Positions 22,501-31,960 of a stretch of DNA of 64,000 nucleotides are shown piece after piece. The stretch comes from a bacterium. GTDB lineage: Bacteria; JADJOY01. A program made the position numbers and the translations under genes. How positions within the stretch are numbered: the first letter of the stretch is position 1; each line of letters begins with the position of its first letter. A model generated the notes under the pieces. It saw nothing but the letters and a program-made list of their open reading frames with translations, ran no database searches and was not told the DNA's origin. The DNA lies in assembly GCA_046331705.1 (NCBI GenBank), contig JAXLQJ010000033.1:1-64000 (forward strand), written 5' to 3'.

Positions 22501-23142
22501 GAACGTGCCGTGGAGCAAGAGGAGCGAGCGCTGGCCGCCGCCGATCTCGCCTGGCGAGGTGCGCGTGAGCTCGAGCCCCTCGGACTTCACCGCCACGTGG
22601 TGCCAGCCCGTGCTCAGGTCGCGCGCTTTCCACAGCAACCGCTCGCCGCCCTTGGCGAGAAGCTCTCCCGCGACCCGCCGCGCGGCGTCGATGGCGGGCT
22701 CGGTGATCTTGACCACCAGGAACTTGAGCGCCGCCGACACGATGCCGCGCGACTGCCCCTCGGCCACCGGCGTCTGCACGCGAAATCGCAGGCTCGCTCC
22801 CGCGCCCCGCGCGACGCCGCGCGCGGTGCCTCGCGACGGGGACGACCCGAGCACCGGCGCGTGGAACGTGAGCGCGCCCGAGGGGTGGCGCACCGCGATC
22901 AGCGCGCTTTCGCCAGCCGCCGCGTCGACCGTGAGGTCCACGACCCGATCCGCGAGCCCACGCACTCGCGCGGCAGGCAGGACGTCGTGAACGGACTCGA
23001 CACTCACGCCGTCGAGCAAGAGCCCGGTGGGAAGCGCCGGGACACCCTCGCCGGCGCCGCGTCGCACGCGACCGGACGCCGCCGCGGCGCGGGGCGAGGT
23101 GGCGGTGGCGGTCCAGGCTTCGCCGTTGAGGATGCGCAGCAT
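19510..23142 (-). CDS. Alpha/beta-hydrolase + CHAT (caspase-fold) protease fusion with unknown C-terminal domain
   Basis: Hydrolase: LLLHGTFS, VVTHSRGG, VASPNAGTPLA, NDLVVP, SHVDFF. CHAT: LPWE, IVHFIGHG, VFLNACDT, GIPAVMANQY, FAEHFY. Start 23142 (ATG) or 23190 (GTG). Confidence 0.88.
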   Translation of the reverse strand: MLRILNGEAWTATATSPRAAAASGRVRRGAGEGVPALPTGLLLDGVSVESVHDVLPAARVRGLADRVVDLTVDAAAGESALIAVRHPSGALTFHAPVLGSSPSRGTARGVARGAGASLRFRVQTPVAEGQSRGIVSAALKFLVVKITEPAIDAARRVAGELLAKGGERLLWKARDLSTGWHHVAVKSEGLELTRTSPGEIGGGQRSLLLLHGTFSNARGAFDALGRTRFFESVRPLYGDRIFAFNHYTISDEPEENVHDLLDALPQSGREFDVVTHSRGGLVLRHAVERRELFGAKAERFRLGRAVLVASPNAGTPLATPGRYEQTFGLLANLLEVLPDNPWTTLPELLANGIVWLASNVIPAMRGVAVMDRDSATLHALEAPPGPPLSAYSALCSSYEPTSGVLSRLLDAGIDRFFDGANDLVVPTQGGWRVDGASSAIPAQRIGCFGPGGNLRSRNDEPVSHVDFFRHDATAQFLADTLTGKQPSIELLDPDRPLPTRIARRGGLGLDREPRAPRPRAHDDARQAGAFGDRDATPLAAAVFPSRFSGDDVLQLMILDDPTAGAAPDSTRARRAGQPGARILAMYNGARTLDPFATRDPETLAKDDAERDGPGSRFHRIIGMHKRIRLILTNQPDSRTKRIPPTPTREELRAVGVDLFESLFVGGVKRLYDIARSEQRERPLNLVLTSAVPWLATLPWELAFDPDRKKFLVTEEVHLVRNVLSAVPAERLTPILPHDPLRILVVVAQPFDAPALSSEDERDRIEAGFRRLIDAKLVTVDTLTDVTAGRLHRKIEAAVREHRDTRALRDGVDAEERRGYDIVHFIGHGEFDRKAAEGTLIFVNEARIKKEIRIQQLREILSGRGIRLVFLNACDTAEGSHRTLNRGVAQALVHAGIPAVMANQYPVLDPSAVAFAEHFYWALATGATLGEAARESRIALGYSVEEELIDAAVPVLYARDPSYRLCRPRPTAAAATAAPERPGAAGTPAAARGRPVERVRVGVADLTRSFIGIDALLERLNRAQQRIELKRVNLVAPYGVWNQKQRYGRAYLNAEAFLTRLQAKPDEIGVHYLVAITDQWLMDEKAGYDWYAWWSHEEALRVMVFSVAGFEIPRRGRVMEQVIGNELVSTLAAKIFDTATARDPMHAAGAKDCPFYVNDERSVAVLEHKRRFDARCRAKLLKLKKLPADLDAHALVAAFDAMLAAASAGGE

Positions 23143-23209
23143 CGATGGCTCCGTTCGGTGCTGCGGCCGCCGGCCCCGCGACCGAGTCACGGCGGAGAAA
23201 GGAACGCGG

Positions 23210-24013
23210 TCAGATGGCGAACGGCTGCTGCGCTTCGAACGTCGGGCTCCGGACGCCGGCGCGATAGTAGTTCGGGGTCTGATCCGGCGGCATGCGCGCC
23301 GCGATCTGATCGCGGAAGCGCTTGTAGCTCCCCTTGAACTTCCCGCTCTTCCACACCGCGCGCAGGTTCTCGGTGAAGAGCCCGTTGCGGTCTCCGTCGC
23401 GCGAGAGCTGGTTGTCCATGCAGCCCGAGATCAGCAACAGCGACGCCTTCACCTTGGCCTGCGCTGCCGGCGGGTTCGCCTTCTGAATGGCACGGTACGT
23501 TGCCTTGTGCGCGGCCTCCACCTTCGCGCCCACGTTGGGTGGCATGAACTTCACCCGTGGGCCGCCGGCTAGAAACGCCGGCATCCCCCGCACCACCGTG
23601 CCGCTGTGACAGCTATCGGAGAGCACGAAGATGCGGACCCCGGACTTGAATCGACCGAACGCGGCGAAGAGCTCGTCGTCCACGAGCTGGCGATCGAAGA
23701 GCACCCAGGTCTCGTCGCGACCGTCCTCGTCGTCGCCGTTGGTGTCGCGCACCTGACCGCCGTGGCCAGAATAGGTGAGCAGGAAGAGGTCGCCTTTCGC
23801 GAGCTTCTTCGCCGCCGCCCCGATGGCGGCGAGGACCGCCGTCGACGTCGCGTGCTCGGTCAGCAGCTTCTGGGTGGTGAAGCGGCGCTTCTTCGCGATC
23901 GCCTGCATGTCGTTCGCGTCGAGCTCGCAGGCGGTGAGCGTGCCGTCCCACCCTTCGTACTGGGCCGGATCCACTCGATTGAGACCGATGTGCAACGACA
24001 TACCCTTCGCCAT
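23210..24013 (-). CDS. Caspase-family (peptidase C14, metacaspase-like) protease
   Basis: SLHIGLN, TYSGHGGQ (catalytic His), LSDSCHSGT (catalytic Cys), ISGCMDNQLS, NGLFT, QTP; AGGAGG RBS. Confidence 0.93.
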   Translation of the reverse strand: MAKGMSLHIGLNRVDPAQYEGWDGTLTACELDANDMQAIAKKRRFTTQKLLTEHATSTAVLAAIGAAAKKLAKGDLFLLTYSGHGGQVRDTNGDDEDGRDETWVLFDRQLVDDELFAAFGRFKSGVRIFVLSDSCHSGTVVRGMPAFLAGGPRVKFMPPNVGAKVEAAHKATYRAIQKANPPAAQAKVKASLLLISGCMDNQLSRDGDRNGLFTENLRAVWKSGKFKGSYKRFRDQIAARMPPDQTPNYYRAGVRSPTFEAQQPFAI

Positions 24014-24210
24014 GGTGGCGCCTCCTGGTTCGCGCGATTCGTGGATATCGAAAGCTCGGGATCTCGAAACCACTTAGGCCAGCTCCTGGCCGGAGTCAAT
24101 TCACGGGACGTACGCGTGGAGCGCGACTCGGCCGCGCTCTCGACTCGCGGCCCGATTGCGAGCGATCCTCCTCGGCTCCGCCTCAGCTCGGCCCGAGGAC
24201 CTCGACACCC

Positions 24211-25794
24211 ATGAAGCTCGACCAAGAAGCCGCCCGCCGTCGCACCTTCGCGATCATCTCGCACCCGGACGCCGGCAAGACCACGCTCACCGAGAAGCTC
24301 CTGCTCTACGCCAACGCCATCGAGCTCGCGGGCTCGGTGCGGGCGCGGAACGCGCCGCGCCACGCCATCTCCGACTGGATGAAGATGGAGAAGGAGCGCG
24401 GCATCTCCGTCACGTCCTCGGTGCTGCAATTCGAGTACGACGGTCGCGCGCTCAATCTGCTGGACACGCCCGGTCACGCGGACTTCTCCGAGGACACCTT
24501 CCGCGTGCTCGCCGCCGTGGACTCGGCGGTGATGCTGATGGACCACGTGAAGGGTGTCGAGCCGCGCACCTTGAAGCTCTTCGAGGTGTGCCGGATGCGG
24601 CGTCTGCCGGTGGTCACGTTCATGAACAAGCTCGACCGCGAGGGCATGGAACCCTTCGAGCTCCTCGACGACGTGAGCACCAAGCTCGACCTGAAGGTGG
24701 CGCCGCTCACCTGGCCGATCGGCATGGGTCGCGACTTTCGCGGGGTGGTCGACATCCACTCACGCGAGGTCACCCTCTACGACGCGGCCCACCATGGCAG
24801 CCGCGTGCTCGCGGCCAAGCGCATGCCGTGGGCCGAGGCGGAGCCCTTCGTCGGCGAGACGCACTATCGCCGGGTGAGCGAGGAGCTCGAGCTCCTGCTT
24901 CACGCCGGCGAGGCCTACACCACCGAGGGCTTTCTCGGCGGCGAGGTGAGCCCGGTTTTCTGGGGCTCCGCGGTCACCAACTTCGGCGTCGATCGCTTGC
25001 TGTCGTTCGTCTCCGAGCACGCCGCGGCGCCCGGTCCGCGCGCCACCGAGGATGGCGAGACCATCGCGCCCGACGACCAGCGCATGAGCGGATTCGTGTT
25101 CAAGATCCAGGCGAACATGAACCCCAAGCACCGCGACCGCATCGCCTTCGTGCGGATCGTGAGCGGGCACTTCGAGCGCGGCATGGACGTGACCGTCGGG
25201 CGCTCGGGCGAGACGCTCCGGCTCTCGAAGCCGCACAGCTTCCTCGCCGACGAGCGTTCGATCGTGGACGAGGCGTGGCCCGGCGACATCGTGGGCGTCT
25301 TCGATCCCGGCAAGCTGCGGGTCGGCGACACCATCGCCGAAGGCCGCCGCATCCGCTTCGGCGAGATCCCGAGCTTCGCGCCCGAGCACATCGCGCGGCT
25401 CTCCATCAAGACCTCGATGAAGCGCAAGGCGCTCGACGCGGGCCTCGATCAGCTCAGCCAGGAAGGCGTGATCCAGCTCTTCTTCAAGAGCCGCGAGGAC
25501 CGCCGCAGCCCGATCCTGGGCGCCGTCGGTTTGCTGCAGTTCGAGGTGCTGAAGGAACGGCTCAAGAACGAATACGACGTCGACGCGCAGATCGAGCTCC
25601 TGCCCGGACGGCTGGCGCGGTGGGTGAGCGGCAGCCCCGCGGCGCTCGCCTGGCTCGAGGATCGCTCCGACAACTACACGATGCTCGAGGACCGCCACGG
25701 CCACCCCGTGGTGCTGGTCAACTCGCCCTTCCACCTCGACTACGCCCGCCGCAACGCCCCCACGATCGAGCTCCACGAGATCGAGCCGAAGTAG
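24211..25794 (+). CDS. prfC: Peptide chain release factor 3
   Basis: RRRTFAIISHPDAGKTT, ERGISVTSS, DTPGHADFSEDT, NKLDR, FKIQANMNPKHRDRIAF, GAVGLLQFEV. Confidence 0.97.
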   Translation: MKLDQEAARRRTFAIISHPDAGKTTLTEKLLLYANAIELAGSVRARNAPRHAISDWMKMEKERGISVTSSVLQFEYDGRALNLLDTPGHADFSEDTFRVLAAVDSAVMLMDHVKGVEPRTLKLFEVCRMRRLPVVTFMNKLDREGMEPFELLDDVSTKLDLKVAPLTWPIGMGRDFRGVVDIHSREVTLYDAAHHGSRVLAAKRMPWAEAEPFVGETHYRRVSEELELLLHAGEAYTTEGFLGGEVSPVFWGSAVTNFGVDRLLSFVSEHAAAPGPRATEDGETIAPDDQRMSGFVFKIQANMNPKHRDRIAFVRIVSGHFERGMDVTVGRSGETLRLSKPHSFLADERSIVDEAWPGDIVGVFDPGKLRVGDTIAEGRRIRFGEIPSFAPEHIARLSIKTSMKRKALDAGLDQLSQEGVIQLFFKSREDRRSPILGAVGLLQFEVLKERLKNEYDVDAQIELLPGRLARWVSGSPAALAWLEDRSDNYTMLEDRHGHPVVLVNSPFHLDYARRNAPTIELHEIEPK

Positions 25795-25868
25795 TCTCGG
25801 GCCGTGGCCACGAGCGTGCTTGCAGCGGAGGCCGCTCGATCGCGTGGAGCACGCCCAGCAGCGCGACG

Positions 25869-27071
25869 TCAGGGATGCGCCAGCTCGCCCTCGCCCGCGG
25901 TGCCGTAGGTGCGGCCTTTCCAGCTCACGCCCTTTCCGCTCGCGGCGCGCAGCGTCGAGTTGAGCAGGATGCCGGCGGTGATGCAGGCGGCCACGGGCGT
26001 GAGCCAGGCGAGCGAATCGTCGAGCTTGAAGACGTCGAGCAAGAGCCGGCGGATGGTGAGGGCGGCCAGGATGTACGCGCCGCCGAGCGCCGCAACGCCG
26101 AACCACGGCGAGGCGCTCACCGGCCAGCTCCAGCCGAAGACCGACACCAGCGGCAAGATCCACGGCAGCACGAAGATCGCGAGCAGCGCCGCGGCACCGA
26201 GTGCCGCGACGAAGACGTTCCCGCCGACCGCGACGTGGAAGTTCTTCGACCAGCCGTTCCAGAGCTCGCGCAGACTTCGATACATGCGCAGCTGCGCCAG
26301 CTCGACACCCTGGGCATAGACGAGATTGCGCTTGGCGGCCTTGATCGCCTGCGCGAGCGCCAGGTCTTCGATCACCTCGCCCTTGATCTTGGCGTGGCCG
26401 CCGATGGCGTCGTACGCGACGCGGCGAAAGAGCATGAAGGGCCCGTTGCCCGACGCCGCCGCGTGATTCGGATCGTTGAGCTCCTTGGCGGGGAAGACCA
26501 TCAGGATCACGTTCACGATGAACGGCATCACCACCCGTTCCCAGAAGCTCACGTTCACCATCTCGGGCACGATCGTGAAGAGATCGGCCCGGCGCTCGAC
26601 GGCGAGCGCCGCGGCGCGCACCAGCGCATCGGGCAAGAGCCGCACGTCGACGTCGACGAACAGGATCCACTCGCCACCGGCGGCACGCGCGCCCACGTCG
26701 AGGGCGTGGTTCTTGCCCATCCAGCCCGCGGGGAGCACGTCGTTTCGCAGCACGCGCAAGCGCGCGTCGGCGGCGGCCAGCCGCGCGAGGATGGCGGGCG
26801 TCGCGTCGGTCGAGCCGTCGTCGACCACCAGCACCTCGAGCCCGGGGTAATCCTGCGCCAGGATCGAACGCACGCAGTCCTCGACGTCGCGCTCCTCGTC
26901 GCGCACCGGCAGCACGACGCTCAGCCGCGGTAACGGCGCGCGTTCGACGTCGGCGGCGCGCGGCGGCACGGGCAACGCGCGCAGATTCCGCACGATCCAG
27001 AAGAACGCGGCCATCAGCGCGGCCAGCGCCACGGCCTCGAGCACGAAGGCGGCCTGCGCCACGGATTCCAC
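25869..27071 (-). CDS. Membrane glycosyltransferase family 2 (HpnB/CruC-like)
   Basis: VVDDGSTD, GWMGKNHA, FVDVD, NGPFM, IGGH, IEDLALA, RMY..W.GWSKN, WKGR; C-terminal TMs. Confidence 0.88.
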   Translation of the reverse strand: MESVAQAAFVLEAVALAALMAAFFWIVRNLRALPVPPRAADVERAPLPRLSVVLPVRDEERDVEDCVRSILAQDYPGLEVLVVDDGSTDATPAILARLAAADARLRVLRNDVLPAGWMGKNHALDVGARAAGGEWILFVDVDVRLLPDALVRAAALAVERRADLFTIVPEMVNVSFWERVVMPFIVNVILMVFPAKELNDPNHAAASGNGPFMLFRRVAYDAIGGHAKIKGEVIEDLALAQAIKAAKRNLVYAQGVELAQLRMYRSLRELWNGWSKNFHVAVGGNVFVAALGAAALLAIFVLPWILPLVSVFGWSWPVSASPWFGVAALGGAYILAALTIRRLLLDVFKLDDSLAWLTPVAACITAGILLNSTLRAASGKGVSWKGRTYGTAGEGELAHP

Positions 27072-27090
27072 TCGTTCGAGCCGCGCGGCG

Positions 27091-28308
27091 CTACGACCGC
27101 AGGTACTGGTCGATGATCGCGGCGGCGCGCGTGGCGCCGCCGTGCTGGTGGATGCTCTTCTGAAGCACGCCCGCGGCGCGGCGGTACTTGGTGTTGGTGA
27201 GCACGTCCTCGATGGCGCGCTCGAGCGACGGGAAGAGCTCGCGCCCGTTCCCCAGCCGGATGCCTGCGCCCAGCCGCTCGACGATCTGCAGGTTCACGTC
27301 TTGATCGACGTGGTAGGGCGCGCCGATCACCGGCACGCCGCCGGCGAACGCCTGGTAGATGGAGCCGTTGCCGCCGTGGTTGATGACCACGTCGGACTTG
27401 GCGACCAGCCGATCGCCGCGCGCGAACTCCTCGATGAAGAAGTTGTCGGGCACTTCCGGGATGTCCACCGACAAGCCGCCGGTGGTCATGATGACCTGGT
27501 AGCGCGAGCCGCCGAAGTAGCGCGTCGCCTTCTCGAAGAAGAGCGGATCGCCCGTGGAACCCATGGTGATGTAGAGCGTCGGCCGATCCGGATCGAGCCG
27601 ATCCAGCCACGCCGGATCCGGGAAATCGGGCTCCCACAGGATGGGCCCGACGTAGTGGACGTGCGCGGGTCGCGCCGCGGTGGTCGGCCCGTACTCGGGC
27701 ACGTCCGCGAGCAGTGTCAGGTCACCCTGGATGACGTCGAGCAACCCGTCGCAATGGCGCATCGGCAAGCCGTGATCGCGGCGGTACTTCCAGTACGGGA
27801 GGCTCCAATAGCGCGTCGCGGTGGCGCGCAGCGCCGGGATCAGCGCCGTGGCGAGGACGTCGCCCACGTAGCGCGTGAGGATGTGGCCGTGGAAGGCCTT
27901 GAGCGGCAGCGCGAAGTAGTTCGTCCAGTGCGCGTTGGTGATCGAGATGTACGGCACCCGGGCGATCTCCGCCGAGATCGAGAGCGACCAGTGCATGTCG
28001 CCCAGCACCACGTCGGGCCGATGGCGGTGGATGACCTCGAGGTCCGACTCGACGCTGCGCAGCACCATGTCGCGCCACCAGCCGTAGCGCACCAGCGTCG
28101 CGCGGTTGGCGAGCTTCATGGTGGCCGCGCGCGGCACCGTGAACACCGTGTCGGTCTTGAAGCCCGCTTTCTCCGCGAGGCCCAGGAAGTGCCCCGCGCC
28201 GGCGAACACGATCTCGTGCCCGTGCGTATCCCGGAGGAGCTTGCACACCTCGAGCGCCCGCGAGACATGGGCTAAGAAGTTGGCGTCCGCGAAGGCCAGG
28301 ACACGCAT
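27091..28308 (-). CDS. Glycosyltransferase family 1 (UGT/MGT-like, GT-B fold)
   Basis: Start MRVLAFADANFLAHVSR; YVGP, YITMGS, INHGGNGS, GVPVIGAP, DQ..N. Confidence 0.9.
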   Translation of the reverse strand: MRVLAFADANFLAHVSRALEVCKLLRDTHGHEIVFAGAGHFLGLAEKAGFKTDTVFTVPRAATMKLANRATLVRYGWWRDMVLRSVESDLEVIHRHRPDVVLGDMHWSLSISAEIARVPYISITNAHWTNYFALPLKAFHGHILTRYVGDVLATALIPALRATATRYWSLPYWKYRRDHGLPMRHCDGLLDVIQGDLTLLADVPEYGPTTAARPAHVHYVGPILWEPDFPDPAWLDRLDPDRPTLYITMGSTGDPLFFEKATRYFGGSRYQVIMTTGGLSVDIPEVPDNFFIEEFARGDRLVAKSDVVINHGGNGSIYQAFAGGVPVIGAPYHVDQDVNLQIVERLGAGIRLGNGRELFPSLERAIEDVLTNTKYRRAAGVLQKSIHQHGGATRAAAIIDQYLRS

Positions 28309-28608
28309 CGTTGGGGCCTCGCTCTCGACTCGTGCTGCTGGGTTTCGGGTCGTCCCGGGGTCGGATGACACTCCCGGTCGGGACGGAACGACGTGCGACG
28401 GTCCTGCCTGCGCGACCTCGAGCCGCGCGAGACGGGTCCGTGCCTGACTCGCTCGGCGGGGGGCCACCGAGTCGACGCACCACGTCAAGGCTAGGGTCGT
28501 TCTCGCGGCCGGGTCAACAACCCGAGGGCATTTCCCGAGTCGAAGGCGACGCTCGGCGGGGGGTTCGCTTCCCTATCGAGGGCCGCTTCTCTACCCTACG
28601 CGGCCGTC

Positions 28609-30336
28609 ATGCGACTTCCCAGCTCGACCGTGCGCGCGAAGCCTCGCCCTCCCGGCCGCGCGCCGCGACTCGCGGCCGCAGCCGTGGCGCTCCTCGCCGC
28701 GCTGCTGGTCGCGGGCGCATGGCCGAGCACCAGCGCCGCGGCGGGCGCGGCCGCCGCCACGCCGCCCGGACGCGGTCCGCTGCTGCTTTCGCTGGGCGAC
28801 GTCGTGGAGCTGGCGCTCACCAACAACCCGGTGCTGCGCGGCGAGGGATTCCTGGCGCTGCGGGCGATGGCCGAGGTGCCTGCCGCGGAAGGCACGCGCG
28901 ACCTCTTCCTCTACTGGAAGTCGAGCTACAACGACAGCAACGTCCCCACGACGTCGTCCTTGACGGGCAACAACCAACGGGTCTGGACGGGGACCGCGGG
29001 GCTGCGCCAGGCGCTCATCACCGGCACCAGCTACGACCTGTCGTTCAACAACCAGCGCACCGAGACCGACTTCCCCTTCAACGTCCTGGATCCGAACTAC
29101 CGCGTCGACACCCAGCTCGCGATCACGCAGCCGCTGCTCAAGGGCTTCGGGCTCGACGTGAACGATGCTCCATCGCGGATCGCCGCCCACACCCGCGACG
29201 CGGCGCTGCTCCAATACCGCAGCCGCGCCGCCAACGTGGTCCAGTCGGCGCTCGAGGGGCTGTGGGACCTGAACCTCGCCCGCGCGCTCCTCGAGGTGAA
29301 GCAGCAGAGCCTCGCGCGGGCGCGCCAGCTCCAGAAGACGGTCCAGACGCAGGTGGATCGCGGTCTCCTGGCACGAGTCGAGCTGCTCAAGGCGCAGGTG
29401 GCGGCGGCAGCCCGCGACGACGAGGTCGTGGTGGCGCGGAAGGCCGTACGCGACGCCGAGGACCGCCTGCGCGACACCATCGCCCCTGACGCCGATCCCA
29501 GTTTCTGGGAACGCGAGCTCATGCCCGCGGGCCCCATCGAGTTCCCGACCCGCGAGGTCGACGACCAGGGGAGCGTCGGCCGGGCGCTCGAGCAACGCAT
29601 GGAGATCCTCCAGGCGCGCGAGGACCTCGCCAGCCGCAAGGACGCGATGGCGCTGGCGCGCAACGCGCTGCTGCCCAGCCTCAACCTGGTGGGCGGGGTC
29701 AAGGTGAGCGGCCTCGCGGGCAGCGAGAAGCAGAACCAGTCGCTCATCGACTTCCGCGATCAGTATCCCGCCATCTACGACCTGCTGGATGCGCTCTTCG
29801 GCGGGCTCTTGGTGGGCGCCGGCACCGTCGACCGGAGTCTGGTGGGCGGCTACCTCGACGCGCTCGAGAACATGGATTTCGTCACGTGGAGCGTCGGCGT
29901 GAACATCGAGATCCCGCTCGGCAACGACACCGCCGAGTCCCGCTACATCCAGGCGGTCGCCGACGAGAAACGCAGCGAGGAGAACCTCAAGTCGGTGAGC
30001 CGGAAGGTGCAGATCGAGGTTCGCGAGATCGTGCGCCGCGTGCGCACCAACCAGGAACGACTCGAGACCACCGCGCTCACCCGCGAGCTCGCCGAGAAGA
30101 ACCTGCAGGCCGAGGAGGAGAAGCTCGAACGCGGCTACTCCACGAGCCAGGAGGTGCTCGACCTGCAGGTCGCGCTCGCGGAGGCGCGCGCCAACGAGCT
30201 CAAGGCACGCACCGACCTGGAGAAGAGCTACGCCGCGTTCACGCGCTCGGCGGGCACGCTGCTCGAGGTATTCCACGTCGCCGCGCCCGCGGTGCCGGCG
30301 CTCGACACCATCGACGTTCCCGGCCGTCTGTGGTGA
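28609..30336 (+). CDS. TolC-family outer membrane efflux protein
   Basis: Signal peptide; LSLGDVVELAL, ITQPLLKGFG, LLPSLNL, IEIPLGN, EVLDLQVAL two-repeat OEP pattern. Confidence 0.88.
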   Translation: MRLPSSTVRAKPRPPGRAPRLAAAAVALLAALLVAGAWPSTSAAAGAAAATPPGRGPLLLSLGDVVELALTNNPVLRGEGFLALRAMAEVPAAEGTRDLFLYWKSSYNDSNVPTTSSLTGNNQRVWTGTAGLRQALITGTSYDLSFNNQRTETDFPFNVLDPNYRVDTQLAITQPLLKGFGLDVNDAPSRIAAHTRDAALLQYRSRAANVVQSALEGLWDLNLARALLEVKQQSLARARQLQKTVQTQVDRGLLARVELLKAQVAAAARDDEVVVARKAVRDAEDRLRDTIAPDADPSFWERELMPAGPIEFPTREVDDQGSVGRALEQRMEILQAREDLASRKDAMALARNALLPSLNLVGGVKVSGLAGSEKQNQSLIDFRDQYPAIYDLLDALFGGLLVGAGTVDRSLVGGYLDALENMDFVTWSVGVNIEIPLGNDTAESRYIQAVADEKRSEENLKSVSRKVQIEVREIVRRVRTNQERLETTALTRELAEKNLQAEEEKLERGYSTSQEVLDLQVALAEARANELKARTDLEKSYAAFTRSAGTLLEVFHVAAPAVPALDTIDVPGRLW

Positions 30337-30418
30337 GGTGCCGCGCGCGGCTCCGCTCCGCCGCGCGCGAGCATTCCGCCCCGCGAGTCGATTCGCCGCC
30401 TGCTAACATCAGCTCGCC

Positions 30419-31960
30419 ATGCCGGAGGCCCTGCGCGATCCCACGGCGGCGCTCGCCGAGCGCTATCGCGCCGTCTTCGATTACGCGCCCGATCCGGCGC
30501 TCCTGGTGCGCGCCGACGACGGGCGCATCCTCGACGTCAACCTGGCGTTCGAGACGCTGATCGGCTGGGCACGACGCGAGCTGCTCGAGCGCTCGCTCGC
30601 CGAGCTGATCGCCGCGTCGACGCCGGCCGAGCAGCGCGGCGCCTTCGCCGCTGCGCTCGCGTCCGACGCTCCGGTGCGCATCGACGCGGTCGCGTTCGCC
30701 CGCCGCGACGGCGCGGCGCTCACCGTGGACGTGGACGTCAACCCGGTGAAGGCGCGCGGCGACCGCTTGTGCCACGTGATCGCGCGCGACCTGGAGCGCG
30801 AGCGCCGCCTGCGCGAGCAGATGATCCAGTCCGAGAAGCTCGCGTCGCTCGGCCAGCTCGTGTCCGGATTCGCCCACGAGGTGAACAACCCGCTCACCGG
30901 CATCCTCGGCTACGCGGAGCTGCTGCTGGATCGCGGCGCCGAGCTGCCCGCCGAGCTGCGCGCCGACGTGGAGCGGATCTTCAACGGCGCGCAACGCACC
31001 CACCAGATCATCTCCAACTTGCTCAAGTTCGCGCGCGCCGAATCTCCCACCGCCACACCCATCGACGTCCACGCGCTGCTCGACGAGTGCTTGACCCTCA
31101 AGGAATACGCGTTTCGCGTGAGCGACATCATGGTGCGGCGCGACTTCCAGCAGAGCCTGCCCACGCTCACGGGCAGCGCGCAGCGGCTCCGACAGGCGTT
31201 CCTCAACATCATCGAGAACGCCCACGAGGCGATGGTCGCGCAGCGCGGCGGCGGCACCATCGTGGTGCGCACCCACGCGATCGCGGGGGACCAGATCGAG
31301 ATCGAGTTCCTCGACGACGGCCCCGGGCTCGCCGAGCCGCACCGGGTGTTCGATCCCTTCTACACGACCAAGGGCGTGGGCAAGGGCACGGGCCTCGGGC
31401 TCTCGGTGAGCTACGGCATCGTGCGCGATCACGGCGGCGAGATCGTCGCCGAGAACCGCCCCGGCGGCGGCGCGCGCGTGGCCGTGCGTCTGCCGGTGAC
31501 ACCCACGGTGGCGACCGTTCCCCGGCCGGTCACGCAGCCCGTGCAGCACGGCGACAACCTCGGCCGCGGCGAGCGCGTGCTGGTGGTGGACGACGAGGAC
31601 ATCGTGCTCGCCGTCACCGAGAAGGTGCTGCGCGAAGCGAACTACAAGGTCACCGTCGCGCGCAGCGGTCACCAAGCGGTGCTGAAGCTGCGCGACGAGT
31701 CGTTCGATCTGGTGGTCACCGACGTGCGCATGCCGCGTCCCGTGGACGGCATCGATCTCTACCACTGGATCCGCGCCAATCGCGCCGGTTTCGAGGGGCG
31801 CGTGGTGTTCATGACCGGTGACACGTTGCGCGAGGTGACTCGCAGCTTCCTCGAGAGCGTCCCCAATCTGCGTCTCGCCAAGCCCTACAGCCCGGAAGAG
31901 CTGCGCAGCACCGTGCGGCACGCGCTCGACGCCAATCCGGTGCCCGGAATGCGGCCCTGA
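30419..31960 (+). CDS. PAS-domain hybrid sensor histidine kinase/response regulator
   Basis: QSEKLASLGQLVSGFAHEVNNPL, NIIENA, DDGPG, FDPFYTTK, GTGLGL, receiver VVDDE/TDVRMP/KPY. Confidence 0.95.
   Translation: MPEALRDPTAALAERYRAVFDYAPDPALLVRADDGRILDVNLAFETLIGWARRELLERSLAELIAASTPAEQRGAFAAALASDAPVRIDAVAFARRDGAALTVDVDVNPVKARGDRLCHVIARDLERERRLREQMIQSEKLASLGQLVSGFAHEVNNPLTGILGYAELLLDRGAELPAELRADVERIFNGAQRTHQIISNLLKFARAESPTATPIDVHALLDECLTLKEYAFRVSDIMVRRDFQQSLPTLTGSAQRLRQAFLNIIENAHEAMVAQRGGGTIVVRTHAIAGDQIEIEFLDDGPGLAEPHRVFDPFYTTKGVGKGTGLGLSVSYGIVRDHGGEIVAENRPGGGARVAVRLPVTPTVATVPRPVTQPVQHGDNLGRGERVLVVDDEDIVLAVTEKVLREANYKVTVARSGHQAVLKLRDESFDLVVTDVRMPRPVDGIDLYHWIRANRAGFEGRVVFMTGDTLREVTRSFLESVPNLRLAKPYSPEELRSTVRHALDANPVPGMRP

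Noticed and set aside
24014-24260. Caspase/CHAT locus as an ICE cargo integrated at the 5' end of prfC (SXT/R391-type site)
   Set aside because: No integrase, conjugation genes or duplicated prfC 5' fragment; composition matches the host
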